Positions 49,874 to 61,786 of a stretch of DNA of 64,000 nucleotides are shown here, piece by piece. The notes below the pieces were generated by a model. That model saw only the letters and a program-made list of their open reading frames with translations. It had not been told where the DNA came from and did not search any database. Every line of letters starts with the position of its first letter. The first letter of the stretch is position 1. The stretch is from the NCBI GenBank assembly GCA_965243025.1, contig CBDETY010000003.1, positions 5,504,001-5,568,000 on the forward strand, given 5' to 3'. The translations under genes were made by a program, and so were the position numbers. The stretch comes from Candidatus Latescibacterota bacterium. GTDB taxonomy: Bacteria; Latescibacterota; UBA2968; UBA8231.

Positions 49874-50822
49874 TTCCGGAGCTCTGAGCAGGAAGCACCA
49901 CCTCCCTGCCGGAGCGGGACGACTCCATGCAGGCGGCCATCACCTCCACTACGTGGCGGCCGTATTCGCCGGTCACCGGGGGCTCGGTTCCCGCGTCGAC
50001 GGAGGCGACGAACTCCTCGAGCTGCCGCGTAGTCGCGTCGTGGGTCCCGGCGACCTCGACCTTCTCCCAGTTCCCGGTCTCGTCCCTGCCGACGAAGAGG
50101 TCGTCGTTCCCTGACTCGAGCCCGTTGGCCAGCCGGATCATCCCCTCGGTGCAGACGAACTCGGTGCTGAAGCGCCCTCCGCCGTTTTTCCACCAGACGT
50201 GGATCAGCGTCGAGTACACCCCGTTCTCGTACTGCAGCATGGCCATGGCGACGCGGCTGCCCGTCCACCAGCAGGAGCGGTCGATCAGGTGGACGCCGTT
50301 CTGGTACCACAGTCCGCCGTGGGTCGCCTTGTCGAGGTACCAGGCCTGCCTTTGGGGAACGAACGGCCGGTAGCCCTCGTCGCAGAGGCAGACGAGGTCG
50401 CCGAGGGCGCGTTCCTCCAGGAGCTTCCCAACCGCCATGTTCGCCGGATTGAAGTGGTGCATGTGGCCGACGGAGAGCTGTTTCCCCGCCCGTTGCGAGG
50501 CCGCGATCATGGCGTCGCACTGCTCGACGCTGACCGCCATCGGCTTCTCGACGAGGACGTCCTTGCCGGCCTCGAGGGCGGCGACCGTCGGTTCGCAGTG
50601 CAGTCCGTGGGGCGTGCAGACGATGACGATGTCGACTTCGCCGCAGGCGAGCAGGTTCCGGTAGTCGTCGAAACCCTGGCAGCCGTGCGCGGCGCAGGCC
50701 TCGGCCAGGCGTTCCGGGTCGGTATCGGCGGCCGCCACCAACCGCGTCGATTCGAGCTCCGCCGCAGCCCGCATGTGGACATGGGCTATGCTGCCCGCCC
50801 CGATGATCCCGATTCCGTGCAT
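49866..50822 (-). CDS. Gfo/Idh/MocA-family oxidoreductase
   Basis: 'IGIIGAGSIA', 'CTPHGLH', 'GKDVLVEKPMA', 'GG......HLID'; possible short in-frame deletion after the active-site helix. Confidence 0.88.
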   Translation of the reverse strand: MHGIGIIGAGSIAHVHMRAAAELESTRLVAAADTDPERLAEACAAHGCQGFDDYRNLLACGEVDIVIVCTPHGLHCEPTVAALEAGKDVLVEKPMAVSVEQCDAMIAASQRAGKQLSVGHMHHFNPANMAVGKLLEERALGDLVCLCDEGYRPFVPQRQAWYLDKATHGGLWYQNGVHLIDRSCWWTGSRVAMAMLQYENGVYSTLIHVWWKNGGGRFSTEFVCTEGMIRLANGLESGNDDLFVGRDETGNWEKVEVAGTHDATTRQLEEFVASVDAGTEPPVTGEYGRHVVEVMAACMESSRSGREVVLPAQSSGIS

Positions 50823-51125
50823 TTCAAACCTCCCGTTGAGCAGCCAACAGACGGCTGCAACGTAACCCTGCCCGAATCCGCCTTCAAGCATCCCGGGGGA
50901 GGGGATTCAACCGACTCCCCGTGCGGGGCTTTCCGCCCTCGACGGCGGTTGCCCCGGCCAGTCCGCAAAGCGACTTTCCCGGGCGCTCTCGAGGGGCAGG
51001 GCCTGGGTTCACCCCCACGCTGCGGAGCGTTCTGGTTTCGGGGGCCGTTCCCTGATCCGCCCTGCCCGACCTTCCGCGCCGGGACCCCCGGCTTCCTCGT
51101 CCACCTCCATGCAGGCAGATCGAAC

Positions 51126-51956
51126 ATGAGCCAACCAACCTCGCAGTTCCCGCTCGGCGGCCAGGTCGCCGTCGTCACCGGCGCCGCCCAGGGCCTGGGG
51201 CTGGCAACGAGCCAACGCCTCGCCAGCGACGGAGCCCACGCGATCCTCGCCGACCTGCAGCTCGACAAGACGGAAACAGAAGCCGAGCGGCTGCGCTCCT
51301 CCGGCCTCGCCGCCAGCGGCGCCGGGCTCGACGTCGCCGACAGCGCCGCGGTCGACGCCTTCTTTTCGGAAGTGCGCTCGCGGCACGGCAGCGTCGACAT
51401 CCTCGCCAACAGCGCCGGCGTCGGACAGGACGTCTGCCCGGTCAGCGAGCTCGGAGACGAAGAGTGGGACCGCGTCCTCCGGGTCACCCTGAACGGCACC
51501 TTCCACTGCTGCCGCGCCGCGGCGCGCATCATGGAGGAGCAGGAGTCGGGGAGCATCGTCAACTTCGCCTCGATAAACGGCCAGAACCCGGCCGCCCTCG
51601 TCAGCGCCTACAACGTCGCCAAGGCCGGGGTCATCAGCCTCACCCGGACCCTGGCGGTCGAGCTTGCCGCCTACGGGGTGCGCGTCAACGCGGTCGCCCC
51701 GGGCCCGGTCTACACCGCCTTCAACCAGCGCAACATGGCGATGCGCAGCGGCAGCCTGGGGATCTCCGAGGAGGAGATGATCGAGAAGGTGCGCCAGGCG
51801 ATCCCGCTGGGAAGGTGGGGGGAGCCGGAGGACATCGCCCAGGCGGTGGCCTACCTCTGCAGTCCCGACGCCGGCTGGATGACGGGGGAGGTCCTGCGCG
51901 TCAGCGGGGGTCTCGAAGGAGTGTCGGCCGCCCCCCCGAAGAGGGAGAAGGGGTGA
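51126..51956 (+). CDS. Short-chain dehydrogenase/reductase
   Basis: TGAAQGLG, 'DILANSAG', catalytic YNVAK, 'VRVNAVAPG', 'PLGRWGEPEDIA'. Confidence 0.94.
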   Translation: MSQPTSQFPLGGQVAVVTGAAQGLGLATSQRLASDGAHAILADLQLDKTETEAERLRSSGLAASGAGLDVADSAAVDAFFSEVRSRHGSVDILANSAGVGQDVCPVSELGDEEWDRVLRVTLNGTFHCCRAAARIMEEQESGSIVNFASINGQNPAALVSAYNVAKAGVISLTRTLAVELAAYGVRVNAVAPGPVYTAFNQRNMAMRSGSLGISEEEMIEKVRQAIPLGRWGEPEDIAQAVAYLCSPDAGWMTGEVLRVSGGLEGVSAAPPKREKG

Positions 51957-54343
51957 CCGCCGCCGACCGCGGCTTTCTCCTGCACGTCTTTCACCGCACC
52001 CAGGGCCCGGACACCGTCATCTTCGGAGTGGGCAGGCTCGAGTCGGGGGGCACCTTCGCCTTGGCCGACCACCGCGATTCCCCCGCCTTCTACGTGCGCG
52101 CCGGGGACGCGGCGACCGCGCGCGTCTGCGCCGGCAGGGACGACACCGTCGAGCCCTGCGGCTGGACGACGATGGACGGCGAGCCGGTGGTGCGGGTGCG
52201 CAGCCGGCGGGTCAACGGTCTGCGCCAGGTCGCCCGGCGCCTCCATAAGGACGAGGTCCGCACCTACGAGGCCGACGTGGGCCTGGGGCGCCGCTATCTC
52301 GCCGACCGCGGCATCGCCGGCCCGGTTGAGATCTCGGGGCCGTGGCGGCCCGGCACCGGGGTCGACCGCGTGTACGTCGACCCGGAGCTGCGGCCCGGGG
52401 ACTGGGTGCCTGAGCTCTCCGTGCTCGCCCTCGACATCGAGACCACCCCGGACGCCTCCGAGGTCCTGGCCGCCTCGCTGGTCGGCAGCGGAACGGCCGC
52501 CGGCGTGGAAGAGGTCCACATCTCCGGGGCCCCGGCCCCGGGGGATCCCGACTACCTGAGCTGCCACGACGGGGAGGGCGCCCTGCTGGCGGCGCTTGGG
52601 GACCGCCTCCGGGCCCTCGACCCGGACGTGCTGACCGGGTGGAACCTCGTCGATTTCGACCTCACCGTGCTGCAGCGGCGCTTCCGCGCCCTGGCGCTCC
52701 CGTTCAACCTCGGGCGCAGCAGCGACTCCTCGTGGTACCAGGAGGGGGAGATCTGGGGCGGCAGCCGCATGGTCGTCCACGGCCGCCAGGTCCTCGACGC
52801 CCTGCACCTGATCCGGGGGACGCTGCAGCGCTTCGACGACTACCGCCTCGAAACCGTGGCGCGGCAGGTTCTGGGGCGGGGCAAGCGGTTCGCGGACGGC
52901 GGCGAAGCCGGCGAGAGCATGCCGGAGGTCATCCTGCGGGCTTACCGCGAGGACCGGACCGCTTTCTGCGAGTACTGTCTCGAGGACTCGCGGCTCGTGC
53001 GCGACCTCCTCGAAGCGGAGGGGCTGATCGAGCTGACCCTGCGGCGCAGCGTCCTCACCGGCCTGCCCCTGGAACGGGCCTGGGGCTCGGTGGGGGCCTT
53101 CGAGTTCCTCTACATCAGCGAGCTGCACAAACGCGGCAAGGTCGCCCCGACCAACGGCGTCGACCGCGCCGGTCTCGGAGGGGCGCCGGGCGGCCTCGTG
53201 ATGCCGGCGGCGGCCGGCCTCTACCGCAACGTCTACGTCTTCGATTTCAAGAGCCTGTACCCGACGATCATCCGCACCTTCAACATCGATCCGCTGGCCC
53301 ACGTCGAGGCGCGCATGCGCGGCGGCGATGCCGGCGACGTCATCGTCGCCCCCAACGGGGCGCGCTTCGCGCGCGAGCCCGGGATTCTGCCGCGGCTGCT
53401 CGAGCGCTTCTTCGAAAGCCGCGACCGCGCCAAGGCGGCCGGCGACGAGCTGGCCTCGTACGCCTACAAGATCGTGATGAACTCCTTCTACGGAGTGCTG
53501 GCGACCGAGTCCTGCCGCTTCGCCGAGGAGCAGCTCGCCGGGGCGATCACCGGGTTCGGGCATTACTTCCTGCGCTGGACCCGGGACCTGCTGCAGGAGA
53601 ACGGCTGCCGCGTCCTCTACGGCGACACCGACTCCGTCTTCGTCGACGCCGGTCTTCCCGACGATATCGACCCTGCCGAAGGGATCGAGCGCGGCCGCGA
53701 GCTGTGCGCCTGGATCAACGGCCGCCTCGCCGAGCATATCGAGGCGGAGCACGGGGTGCGGTCGGTCCTCGACCTCGAGTTCGAGAAGCTCTACCTGCGC
53801 TTCTTCCTGCCGCCGGTCCGCGACGGCGGCGACCGCGGCCGCGCCAAGGGGTACGCCGGCCTGCGTGCCGGGGAGCAGGGCGCCGAAGAGGTCGAGATCG
53901 TCGGCATGGAAGCGGTGCGGCGCGACTGGACCGACCTGGCGCGCAACCTGCAGCGCGAGCTGCTGGCGCGGCTGTTTCGCGACGCCCCGGGTGCCGAGAT
54001 CGAGGCGGAAGTAGGAGAGTGGATCCGCTCGGTGCGGGCCGGGGAGCGGGACGGCGAGCTGGTCTACCGCAAGGCCCTGCGCAAGCCGGTCGAGGGCTAC
54101 ACCAGCACGAGCCCGCCGCACGTGACCGCGGCCCGCATGCTGCCGAACCCTTCCGGGCTCATTCAGTACGTGATCACCCGCGACGGGCCGCAGCCGCTCG
54201 GGCTCGTCAGGGCGCCGCTGGACTACGAGCATTACGTCGAGAAGCAAATCGCCCCGATCGCGCGCACCATCGGACAGGTGTGCGACCTCGACGTCGAGGC
54301 GGCGGTCACCGGAAGGCGGGACCTGTTCCGGTCGCTGAGGTAG
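51953..54343 (+). CDS. polB: DNA polymerase II (family B)
   Basis: ExoI 'LDIET', 'GWNLVDFDL', motif A DFKSLYP, motif B KIVMNSFYG, motif C YGDTDS, 'GMEAVRRDWT', 'LDYEHYVEKQIAP', C-terminal clamp-binding-like RDLF. Confidence 0.95.
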   Translation: MTAADRGFLLHVFHRTQGPDTVIFGVGRLESGGTFALADHRDSPAFYVRAGDAATARVCAGRDDTVEPCGWTTMDGEPVVRVRSRRVNGLRQVARRLHKDEVRTYEADVGLGRRYLADRGIAGPVEISGPWRPGTGVDRVYVDPELRPGDWVPELSVLALDIETTPDASEVLAASLVGSGTAAGVEEVHISGAPAPGDPDYLSCHDGEGALLAALGDRLRALDPDVLTGWNLVDFDLTVLQRRFRALALPFNLGRSSDSSWYQEGEIWGGSRMVVHGRQVLDALHLIRGTLQRFDDYRLETVARQVLGRGKRFADGGEAGESMPEVILRAYREDRTAFCEYCLEDSRLVRDLLEAEGLIELTLRRSVLTGLPLERAWGSVGAFEFLYISELHKRGKVAPTNGVDRAGLGGAPGGLVMPAAAGLYRNVYVFDFKSLYPTIIRTFNIDPLAHVEARMRGGDAGDVIVAPNGARFAREPGILPRLLERFFESRDRAKAAGDELASYAYKIVMNSFYGVLATESCRFAEEQLAGAITGFGHYFLRWTRDLLQENGCRVLYGDTDSVFVDAGLPDDIDPAEGIERGRELCAWINGRLAEHIEAEHGVRSVLDLEFEKLYLRFFLPPVRDGGDRGRAKGYAGLRAGEQGAEEVEIVGMEAVRRDWTDLARNLQRELLARLFRDAPGAEIEAEVGEWIRSVRAGERDGELVYRKALRKPVEGYTSTSPPHVTAARMLPNPSGLIQYVITRDGPQPLGLVRAPLDYEHYVEKQIAPIARTIGQVCDLDVEAAVTGRRDLFRSLR

Positions 54344-54510
54344 CGGAACCTGTTTCCGGCATCCCGCCGGCGGTGGCCCGGCAACCGGATGCCCGCGGCA
54401 GCGGGCCCGACATATACCATTACCTACCCCTACCCCGCACGAGGTTGCCGGCGCCTGAATCCCCAGCCCCGGTGCAGGAGAATCCCCGAGCAGAAGCAAG
54501 CCTTCGAGTG

Positions 54511-55092
54511 TCAGGCGATCATCGTCTCGGCGAGGGCGAAGCAGACCGAGGAGTGCGGCCTGCCGAGGTTCTTCGTCCAGCTGTCGCGCAGGTAGGGCTC
54601 GCCGGGGACCGGCCTGCCGTCGAGCTCGACGCTACCGCCCGAAGCGAACACGAGGATGGTGAAGACGATCCGGGGGTGCAGGGTCGGCGGACCGACGTAA
54701 GGGGCGGCCAGCCCGCTCCAGACGGCGCGGATCTCCCGGTCCCCGGCGGCGATCCTCCAAGCCGGGCGGTCGCGCACGTCCCCTTCCTGGCGGAACTCGG
54801 CCGCGATCACCGGCAGGCCGGCGAAGGGGCCTTCGTTGCGGTACATGGTCTCGCGGATGAACCGCTCGAAAGCGGGGGAGTCGGTGCAGGCCGCCGCGAA
54901 GCCGGCTTCCCCTTCGATGCGGACGTAGGCGGCGGTCCCGGGGCCGGCGGGACTGAAGCGGCCCCGGTAGATGCTGACCATGGCGCTGTCCCGGCCGCTG
55001 CCGGGGAGGCGGAGGTAGTTGATCCAGTGCTCGCCGCTGAACAGAAGCTCGCCCCGGCCGATGCCCGGGTCCGCCGGGGATGCGCCGCTCAT
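54511..55092 (-). CDS. Hypothetical protein
   Basis: Host-like codon usage; starts MSGASPADPG 12 bp after the dehydrogenase stop; no family recognised. Confidence 0.7.
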   Translation of the reverse strand: MSGASPADPGIGRGELLFSGEHWINYLRLPGSGRDSAMVSIYRGRFSPAGPGTAAYVRIEGEAGFAAACTDSPAFERFIRETMYRNEGPFAGLPVIAAEFRQEGDVRDRPAWRIAAGDREIRAVWSGLAAPYVGPPTLHPRIVFTILVFASGGSVELDGRPVPGEPYLRDSWTKNLGRPHSSVCFALAETMIA

Positions 55093-55103
55093 CGCGCCTG
55101 CGG

Positions 55104-56066
55104 TCAGAACTTCAGGACCACCTTGACCGCCTCTTCTTCCTCGGGGCGGAGGAAGGCGGTCTCGAACCCCTGCTGGATCTGCTCGAACGGGAGCACGTGG
55201 GTCAGGATCGGGGTGACGTCGAGGCGCCCCTCGGTTATCCACTGGAGGGCGACGGTGTAGTCCATCTGCGGGTTGGGCCCCACCGAAGCGATGAGGCGGG
55301 TCTCGTTGACGAACCAGCTGTAGAACTCGAGCGGTATGATCCCCTCCTGGTTGTCCTTGTCCGGAACCCCGAAGCTGACCAGGGTGCCCCCGCGCTTCAG
55401 CAGGCCGGCGGCGAGGTTGAGGGTTTCGGCGGCACCCACGGCTTCGACGACGCAGTCCGCCATCTCTCCGCCGGTCAGCTCGGTGACGGCGGCGGGCATG
55501 TCCTCGGCCGATGGGTCGATGGCATGGGTCGCCCCCATCCTGTCTGCCACCCCCAGCCGGTGGCGGTTGGGGTCGACGGCGACGATGCGGCGGGCGCCGA
55601 GGTTGCGCAGGCAGGCGTTGAACAGCTGCCCCACCGGGCCCTGGCCGATGACGACGACGTCCTTGTTGATGAGGTTGTCGAGCTTGTAGAAGCAGTGGAT
55701 GACGGTGCCGAGGAGCTGGCTCATCAGGATGACTTCGGGCCTGCCGTCGGGCGGCAGCCGCACCACCCCTTCATCGCGGGCGAGCACGTACTCCTGGAAC
55801 AGGCCGCGGTCGAAATGGGACAGCAGCACCCGTTCCCCCTCGGCGTAGCGCCCGGAGGGGCAGGCCTCGACGATTCCCATGCCCTCGTGCCCGGTATCGC
55901 CCGGCTGCAGCGGGTAGGAGGGGTACCCGCCCCAGAACGAGGGCCGGTCGGTTCCGCAGATGGCGACCCGCTCGAGGCGGACCAGCATGTTGCCGTTTGA
56001 TGCCTCGGGCCTGTCGACCTCGATCAGTTCCCAGGTGCGTGGCTGCACCAGTTGTGCGGCGCGCAA
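55104..56066 (-). CDS. Zinc-binding (MDR) alcohol dehydrogenase
   Basis: 'AICGTD', 'TGHEGMG', 'VIGQGPVG', 'VVEAVG', 'THVLPFE'; TTG start with SD GGAG. Confidence 0.92.
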   Translation of the reverse strand: MRAAQLVQPRTWELIEVDRPEASNGNMLVRLERVAICGTDRPSFWGGYPSYPLQPGDTGHEGMGIVEACPSGRYAEGERVLLSHFDRGLFQEYVLARDEGVVRLPPDGRPEVILMSQLLGTVIHCFYKLDNLINKDVVVIGQGPVGQLFNACLRNLGARRIVAVDPNRHRLGVADRMGATHAIDPSAEDMPAAVTELTGGEMADCVVEAVGAAETLNLAAGLLKRGGTLVSFGVPDKDNQEGIIPLEFYSWFVNETRLIASVGPNPQMDYTVALQWITEGRLDVTPILTHVLPFEQIQQGFETAFLRPEEEEAVKVVLKF

Positions 56067-56258
56067 TGATGCTCTCCCATTCGGCGATCAGGTTTCGGAA
56101 AAGGCGAAATCTCTAACTTCGGCGGACCATGTAGCGGGTCAAGTTGCGGCGATGCATCGATTCTTGACGATCTCCCTCCCGGCGCTACATTCACCGCGAC
56201 AACACGGCCCCCGCTGCATTCGGAATGCAGCACCCATTTCCGCACCCTCGAGAATCGC

Positions 56259-56822
56259 ATGGTCACCATATCCGAAGCCGCCCGGGAAAAGATCGTCGAG
56301 CTGATGGAGAAGAGCGAAAACCCCGTCAAGGGGCTTCGCATCGCCGCCAGGGCGGCGTCCCCCTTGAAGGTCGACTTCCGCATGGCTTTCCTCGGCGAGG
56401 AGTACGAGGGAGGCGACGAGATGATCCCCTTCGACGGCTTCGATCTCTACGTCGACGACGAGAGCCTGCCGCACGTGCAGGAGGCGACGATAGATTACGT
56501 CGACGGCCTGATGGGCAGCGGCTTCAAGATCGACACGCCGGCGAAAAAGCCGGAACTGTCCGGGCCGCTCGCCGACAAGGTCCAGGCGGTGATCGAGCAG
56601 CAGATCAACCCCGCGGTGGCCTCGCACGGGGGCTACGTCTCCCTGGTCGACGTAAAGGACAAGGTCGTCTACCTCGAGATGGGCGGCGGCTGCCAGGGCT
56701 GCGGCATGGCCAACGTCACCCTGCGGCAGGGGATCGAGGTGATGATCAAAAAAGCGGTTCCCGAGGTCGAGGAGATCCGCGACGTCACCGAGCACGCCGG
56801 CGGCGAGAACCCCTATTATTGA
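56259..56822 (+). CDS. nfuA: Fe-S biogenesis protein NfuA-like (degenerate A-type domain + NifU-C)
   Basis: 'ISEAA..KI', 'ATIDYVDGLMGSGF', 'INPAVASHGG', 'MGGGCQGCG..NVTL.QGIE', 'DVTEH..GENPYY'. Confidence 0.9.
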   Translation: MVTISEAAREKIVELMEKSENPVKGLRIAARAASPLKVDFRMAFLGEEYEGGDEMIPFDGFDLYVDDESLPHVQEATIDYVDGLMGSGFKIDTPAKKPELSGPLADKVQAVIEQQINPAVASHGGYVSLVDVKDKVVYLEMGGGCQGCGMANVTLRQGIEVMIKKAVPEVEEIRDVTEHAGGENPYY

Positions 56823-56974
56823 ATCCTTCCCAGGGGCTCACCGGCCGGTCCCGTTCGCGCCGGGAAGCGCTCCACGCGGCATGCGGCCGCGAATCCGAGT
56901 CACCTTCAGGCAGTCCTCCTTTACCGAACCGGTACTGAGCGGAGGCCGGCCTCCAACCCGAAGGGAGATGCCTC

Positions 56975-57349
56975 ATGCGACAAGCAGCGCTGTTGGCTCT
57001 GGCGGTACTGGTAGCGGTGGGATGCGGTGTGAAAGAGGAGGACAAGAGGGCCCTGGCACGCGAGGTTCGCGACCTGATCCGCAGCATCGATGCCGAGACG
57101 CGGGGATTCGGCGCTGAGGAGGAGCAGGTCGCGAAATTCATGGAGCGGCGCAAGGAGGAGTTCGACAAACTGAAGGACTCCCTGGAGACTACCTTGGGCA
57201 GCGACGAGGCCGACAACCTCGACCGCTTCTACCTGGGGGGATTGCTCGACGACCTCGAGGAGAAGGGGGACGACCTCGGCTTCGAGCAGGCCAAGCGCAG
57301 GACTCTCAAGCGCCTCGAGCAACTCAAGAGCCGCATCGAGAACCTGTGA
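56975..57349 (+). CDS. Hypothetical helical lipoprotein
   Basis: SD GGAG; signal MRQAALLALAVLVAVGC with lipobox; charged helical body. Confidence 0.75.
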   Translation: MRQAALLALAVLVAVGCGVKEEDKRALAREVRDLIRSIDAETRGFGAEEEQVAKFMERRKEEFDKLKDSLETTLGSDEADNLDRFYLGGLLDDLEEKGDDLGFEQAKRRTLKRLEQLKSRIENL

Positions 57350-57461
57350 GTCACCGGCCGCCGGGGTATCGCGAATCGGCCCCGGCGCCATAGTGCACGC
57401 CGGTTCGCCGCGGCCAGTCCTTGCTGGAGCCACCTCCCGTTCATATCGACCTCGACGCGAC

Positions 57462-58682
57462 ATGCTGACCCCCGAAGAGGCGCAACAGACCGTCCTGGAA
57501 CACGTCCGCCCCCTGGGGGTCGAGCGCGTCCCCCTGCTCGACGCGCTCGACCGCCTGCTCGCCGCCGACGTCCACGCCACTTACGACAGCCCACCCCTCG
57601 ACAACTCCGCCATGGACGGGTACGCCGTCCGCCACGAGGACGTAAATGATGCCTCTGCCGAGGTCCCGGCCGTACTCGAGGTGATCGAGGACATACCGGC
57701 CGGCCGCATCGGCCGCAAGACGGTGTCCCCCGGCCAGGCGAGCCGCATCATGACCGGCGCCCCCGTTCCCGCCGGCGCCGACACCGTCATCCGCGTCGAG
57801 GACACGCGCGCCGCCGGCAGCCGCGTCGAAATCCTGGAGGGGGACGACCTGGCCGCCAACATCCGGCGCCGCGGCGAGGACATGAAGGTGGGGGAGAGGC
57901 TGATCGCGGCGGGGACCGAACTGGGCCCGGGGGAGCTGGGGGTGCTCGCCACCGTGCAGCGGACCTTCGTCCCCGTTCACCGGCGCCCCAGGCTCGCCAT
58001 CCTTTCGACCGGGGACGAGCTCGTCGAGATCGACGAGCCCCTCGAGCCGGGCAAGATCGTCAACAGCAATACCGCCACCCTGGCGGCCATGGCCCGCGCC
58101 CACGGGGCCGAACCGGTGATGCTGCCGGTGGCGCCCGACGACGAGGACCGCATCCGCGAGGCGGTCGAGACCGCGCTCGCCAGCGATTTCATCCTCTCGT
58201 CAGGGGGGGTGTCGGTCGGGGAGTACGACTTCGTCAAGAAGGTGCTCGCCGACATGGGAGCCGAGGAGGTCCTGTGGCGGGTGGCGATGAAGCCGGGCAA
58301 GCCGCTCTACTTCTGCCTGCTGAAAGGCAAGCCCTACTTCGGACTCCCGGGAAACCCGGTTTCCGGCTGCATGTCCTTCCTGCAGTTCGTGCGCCCGGCG
58401 GTGCGCAAGGCTTCCGGGTACCCGCCGGAACAGCAGCTCCTTCCGACGGCGGCGGCGCGCATGGAGAACGGCGAGGAGAACGACGGCGACCGCCGCCAGT
58501 ACCTGCGCGCGCAGCTGACCTGGGAGAACGGCCGGCTCGGGGCGCGCACCGGCCACCGCGGCCAGGGCTCGCACATCCTCACCAGCATGCTCGGGGCCAA
58601 CGGCGTCGTCGTTCTCGAGCCGGGCCAGAGAGTCGCCGCCGGCGACGAGGTGACGGTCCAGGTCATCGGCAAGCTGTTGTAG
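57462..58682 (+). CDS. moeA: Molybdopterin molybdotransferase MoeA
   Basis: '[10 protein letters not shown]', '[20 protein letters not shown]', 'STGDEL', '[10 protein letters not shown]', 'MKPGKP', 'GLPGNPVS'. Confidence 0.96.
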   Translation: MLTPEEAQQTVLEHVRPLGVERVPLLDALDRLLAADVHATYDSPPLDNSAMDGYAVRHEDVNDASAEVPAVLEVIEDIPAGRIGRKTVSPGQASRIMTGAPVPAGADTVIRVEDTRAAGSRVEILEGDDLAANIRRRGEDMKVGERLIAAGTELGPGELGVLATVQRTFVPVHRRPRLAILSTGDELVEIDEPLEPGKIVNSNTATLAAMARAHGAEPVMLPVAPDDEDRIREAVETALASDFILSSGGVSVGEYDFVKKVLADMGAEEVLWRVAMKPGKPLYFCLLKGKPYFGLPGNPVSGCMSFLQFVRPAVRKASGYPPEQQLLPTAAARMENGEENDGDRRQYLRAQLTWENGRLGARTGHRGQGSHILTSMLGANGVVVLEPGQRVAAGDEVTVQVIGKLL

Positions 58683-58779
58683 CCCCCTCCTCCCGGCCAT
58701 CGCCCGGCCGATCGGTCGTTTTTGCCAACCTGACCTGCCTGCGGATATTATGCCCGCACCCAGAACAGGAGAGTTTTCG

Positions 58780-60747
<1,968 letters not shown>

Positions 60748-60757
60748 CACGAGCACG

Positions 60758-61786
60758 ATGCAGCCGCTGCCCCTCGGACCGCTGGGGATCGCCGCGCTCC
60801 GGGAGGAGGAGACGCACCAGGCCTGCACCTGGGACCGCGGCGTTCGCAAGAAGCTTCCCGTCGACCGGGGCGGCACGGTCACCCTCGCCGAGGTCGACGG
60901 CTGCGGGTACGTCGCCCAGCTCTGGCTGACCTTCCCCGGCTGGTTCTGGCGCAACTGGGAGCCGCAGACGCCGGTAAGCGCCACCATCCTGAAAACCCTG
61001 CTGCTGCGCATCTTCTGGGACGGCAGCGACCGCCCCGCGGTCGAGGTCCCGGTCGGCGACTTCTTCGGATGCGGCCTGTGCGAGGTGGCCAACTTCACCT
61101 CCCGCTACATCGGCATGTCGAGCGGGGGCTTCTACAGCCGCTTTCCCATGCCGTTCCGCAGCGGCTTCCGCATCGAGGTCGAGAACCGCGACGAGCACGT
61201 CGACACGCAGGTGTACGCCAATATCCTGTATCAGCTGACCGACGGGCTGCCCGGGGACACCGCCTGGTTCCACGGCCAGTTCCGCACCGGCGAGAACGAA
61301 GGGGCCGACCCGATGGTGGTCGCCGAGGCACAGGGCCGGGGCCATTTCGCCGGCTGCACCCTGTCGATGCAGGCGCGGGACCGCAACTACCTCGGGTTCC
61401 TCGAGTCGCCCGAGCAGGTTTTCATCGACGACGACCGGGAGCGGCCGCGCATCGCAGGCACCGGGCTCGAGGATTACTTCATGGGGGGGTGGTACTTCCG
61501 CGAGGGGCAGTTCGCCGGCGACCTGCACGGGCTGCCCGTGAAGGACGCCCTCAACTCGATGGCGGCGATGTACCGGGTCCACGAGAGCGACGCCATCCGT
61601 TTCCGGCGCCGCTTCCGCATCGAGTTCACCAACCCGTTTCCCGGAGAGGCGAGGCCGTTCCGCCATTCGTCGGCCGCCTTCCTGTACCTGGCGGACCCGG
61701 GAGGCCAGGGGCCGCCGGTCCCGGAGAACGACAGGCTGCTGTGCTGGTACCGCGTGCGCGACCGCGATCACCAGAGCATTCCCTGA
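60758..61786 (+). CDS. DUF2961/GH172-family protein
   Basis: 'LRIFWDG...PAVEVPVGDFFG', 'FPMPF', 'G.GHFAG', 'GTGLEDYFMGGWYF', 'YRVH..DAI.F'. Confidence 0.87.
   Translation: MQPLPLGPLGIAALREEETHQACTWDRGVRKKLPVDRGGTVTLAEVDGCGYVAQLWLTFPGWFWRNWEPQTPVSATILKTLLLRIFWDGSDRPAVEVPVGDFFGCGLCEVANFTSRYIGMSSGGFYSRFPMPFRSGFRIEVENRDEHVDTQVYANILYQLTDGLPGDTAWFHGQFRTGENEGADPMVVAEAQGRGHFAGCTLSMQARDRNYLGFLESPEQVFIDDDRERPRIAGTGLEDYFMGGWYFREGQFAGDLHGLPVKDALNSMAAMYRVHESDAIRFRRRFRIEFTNPFPGEARPFRHSSAAFLYLADPGGQGPPVPENDRLLCWYRVRDRDHQSIP

Noticed and set aside
51953-54343. Family B polymerase as a marker of a casposon, pipolin or phage
   Set aside because: It has cellular Pol II-type motifs and host-like codon usage, with no integrase, cas1, terminal repeats or phage genes nearby.
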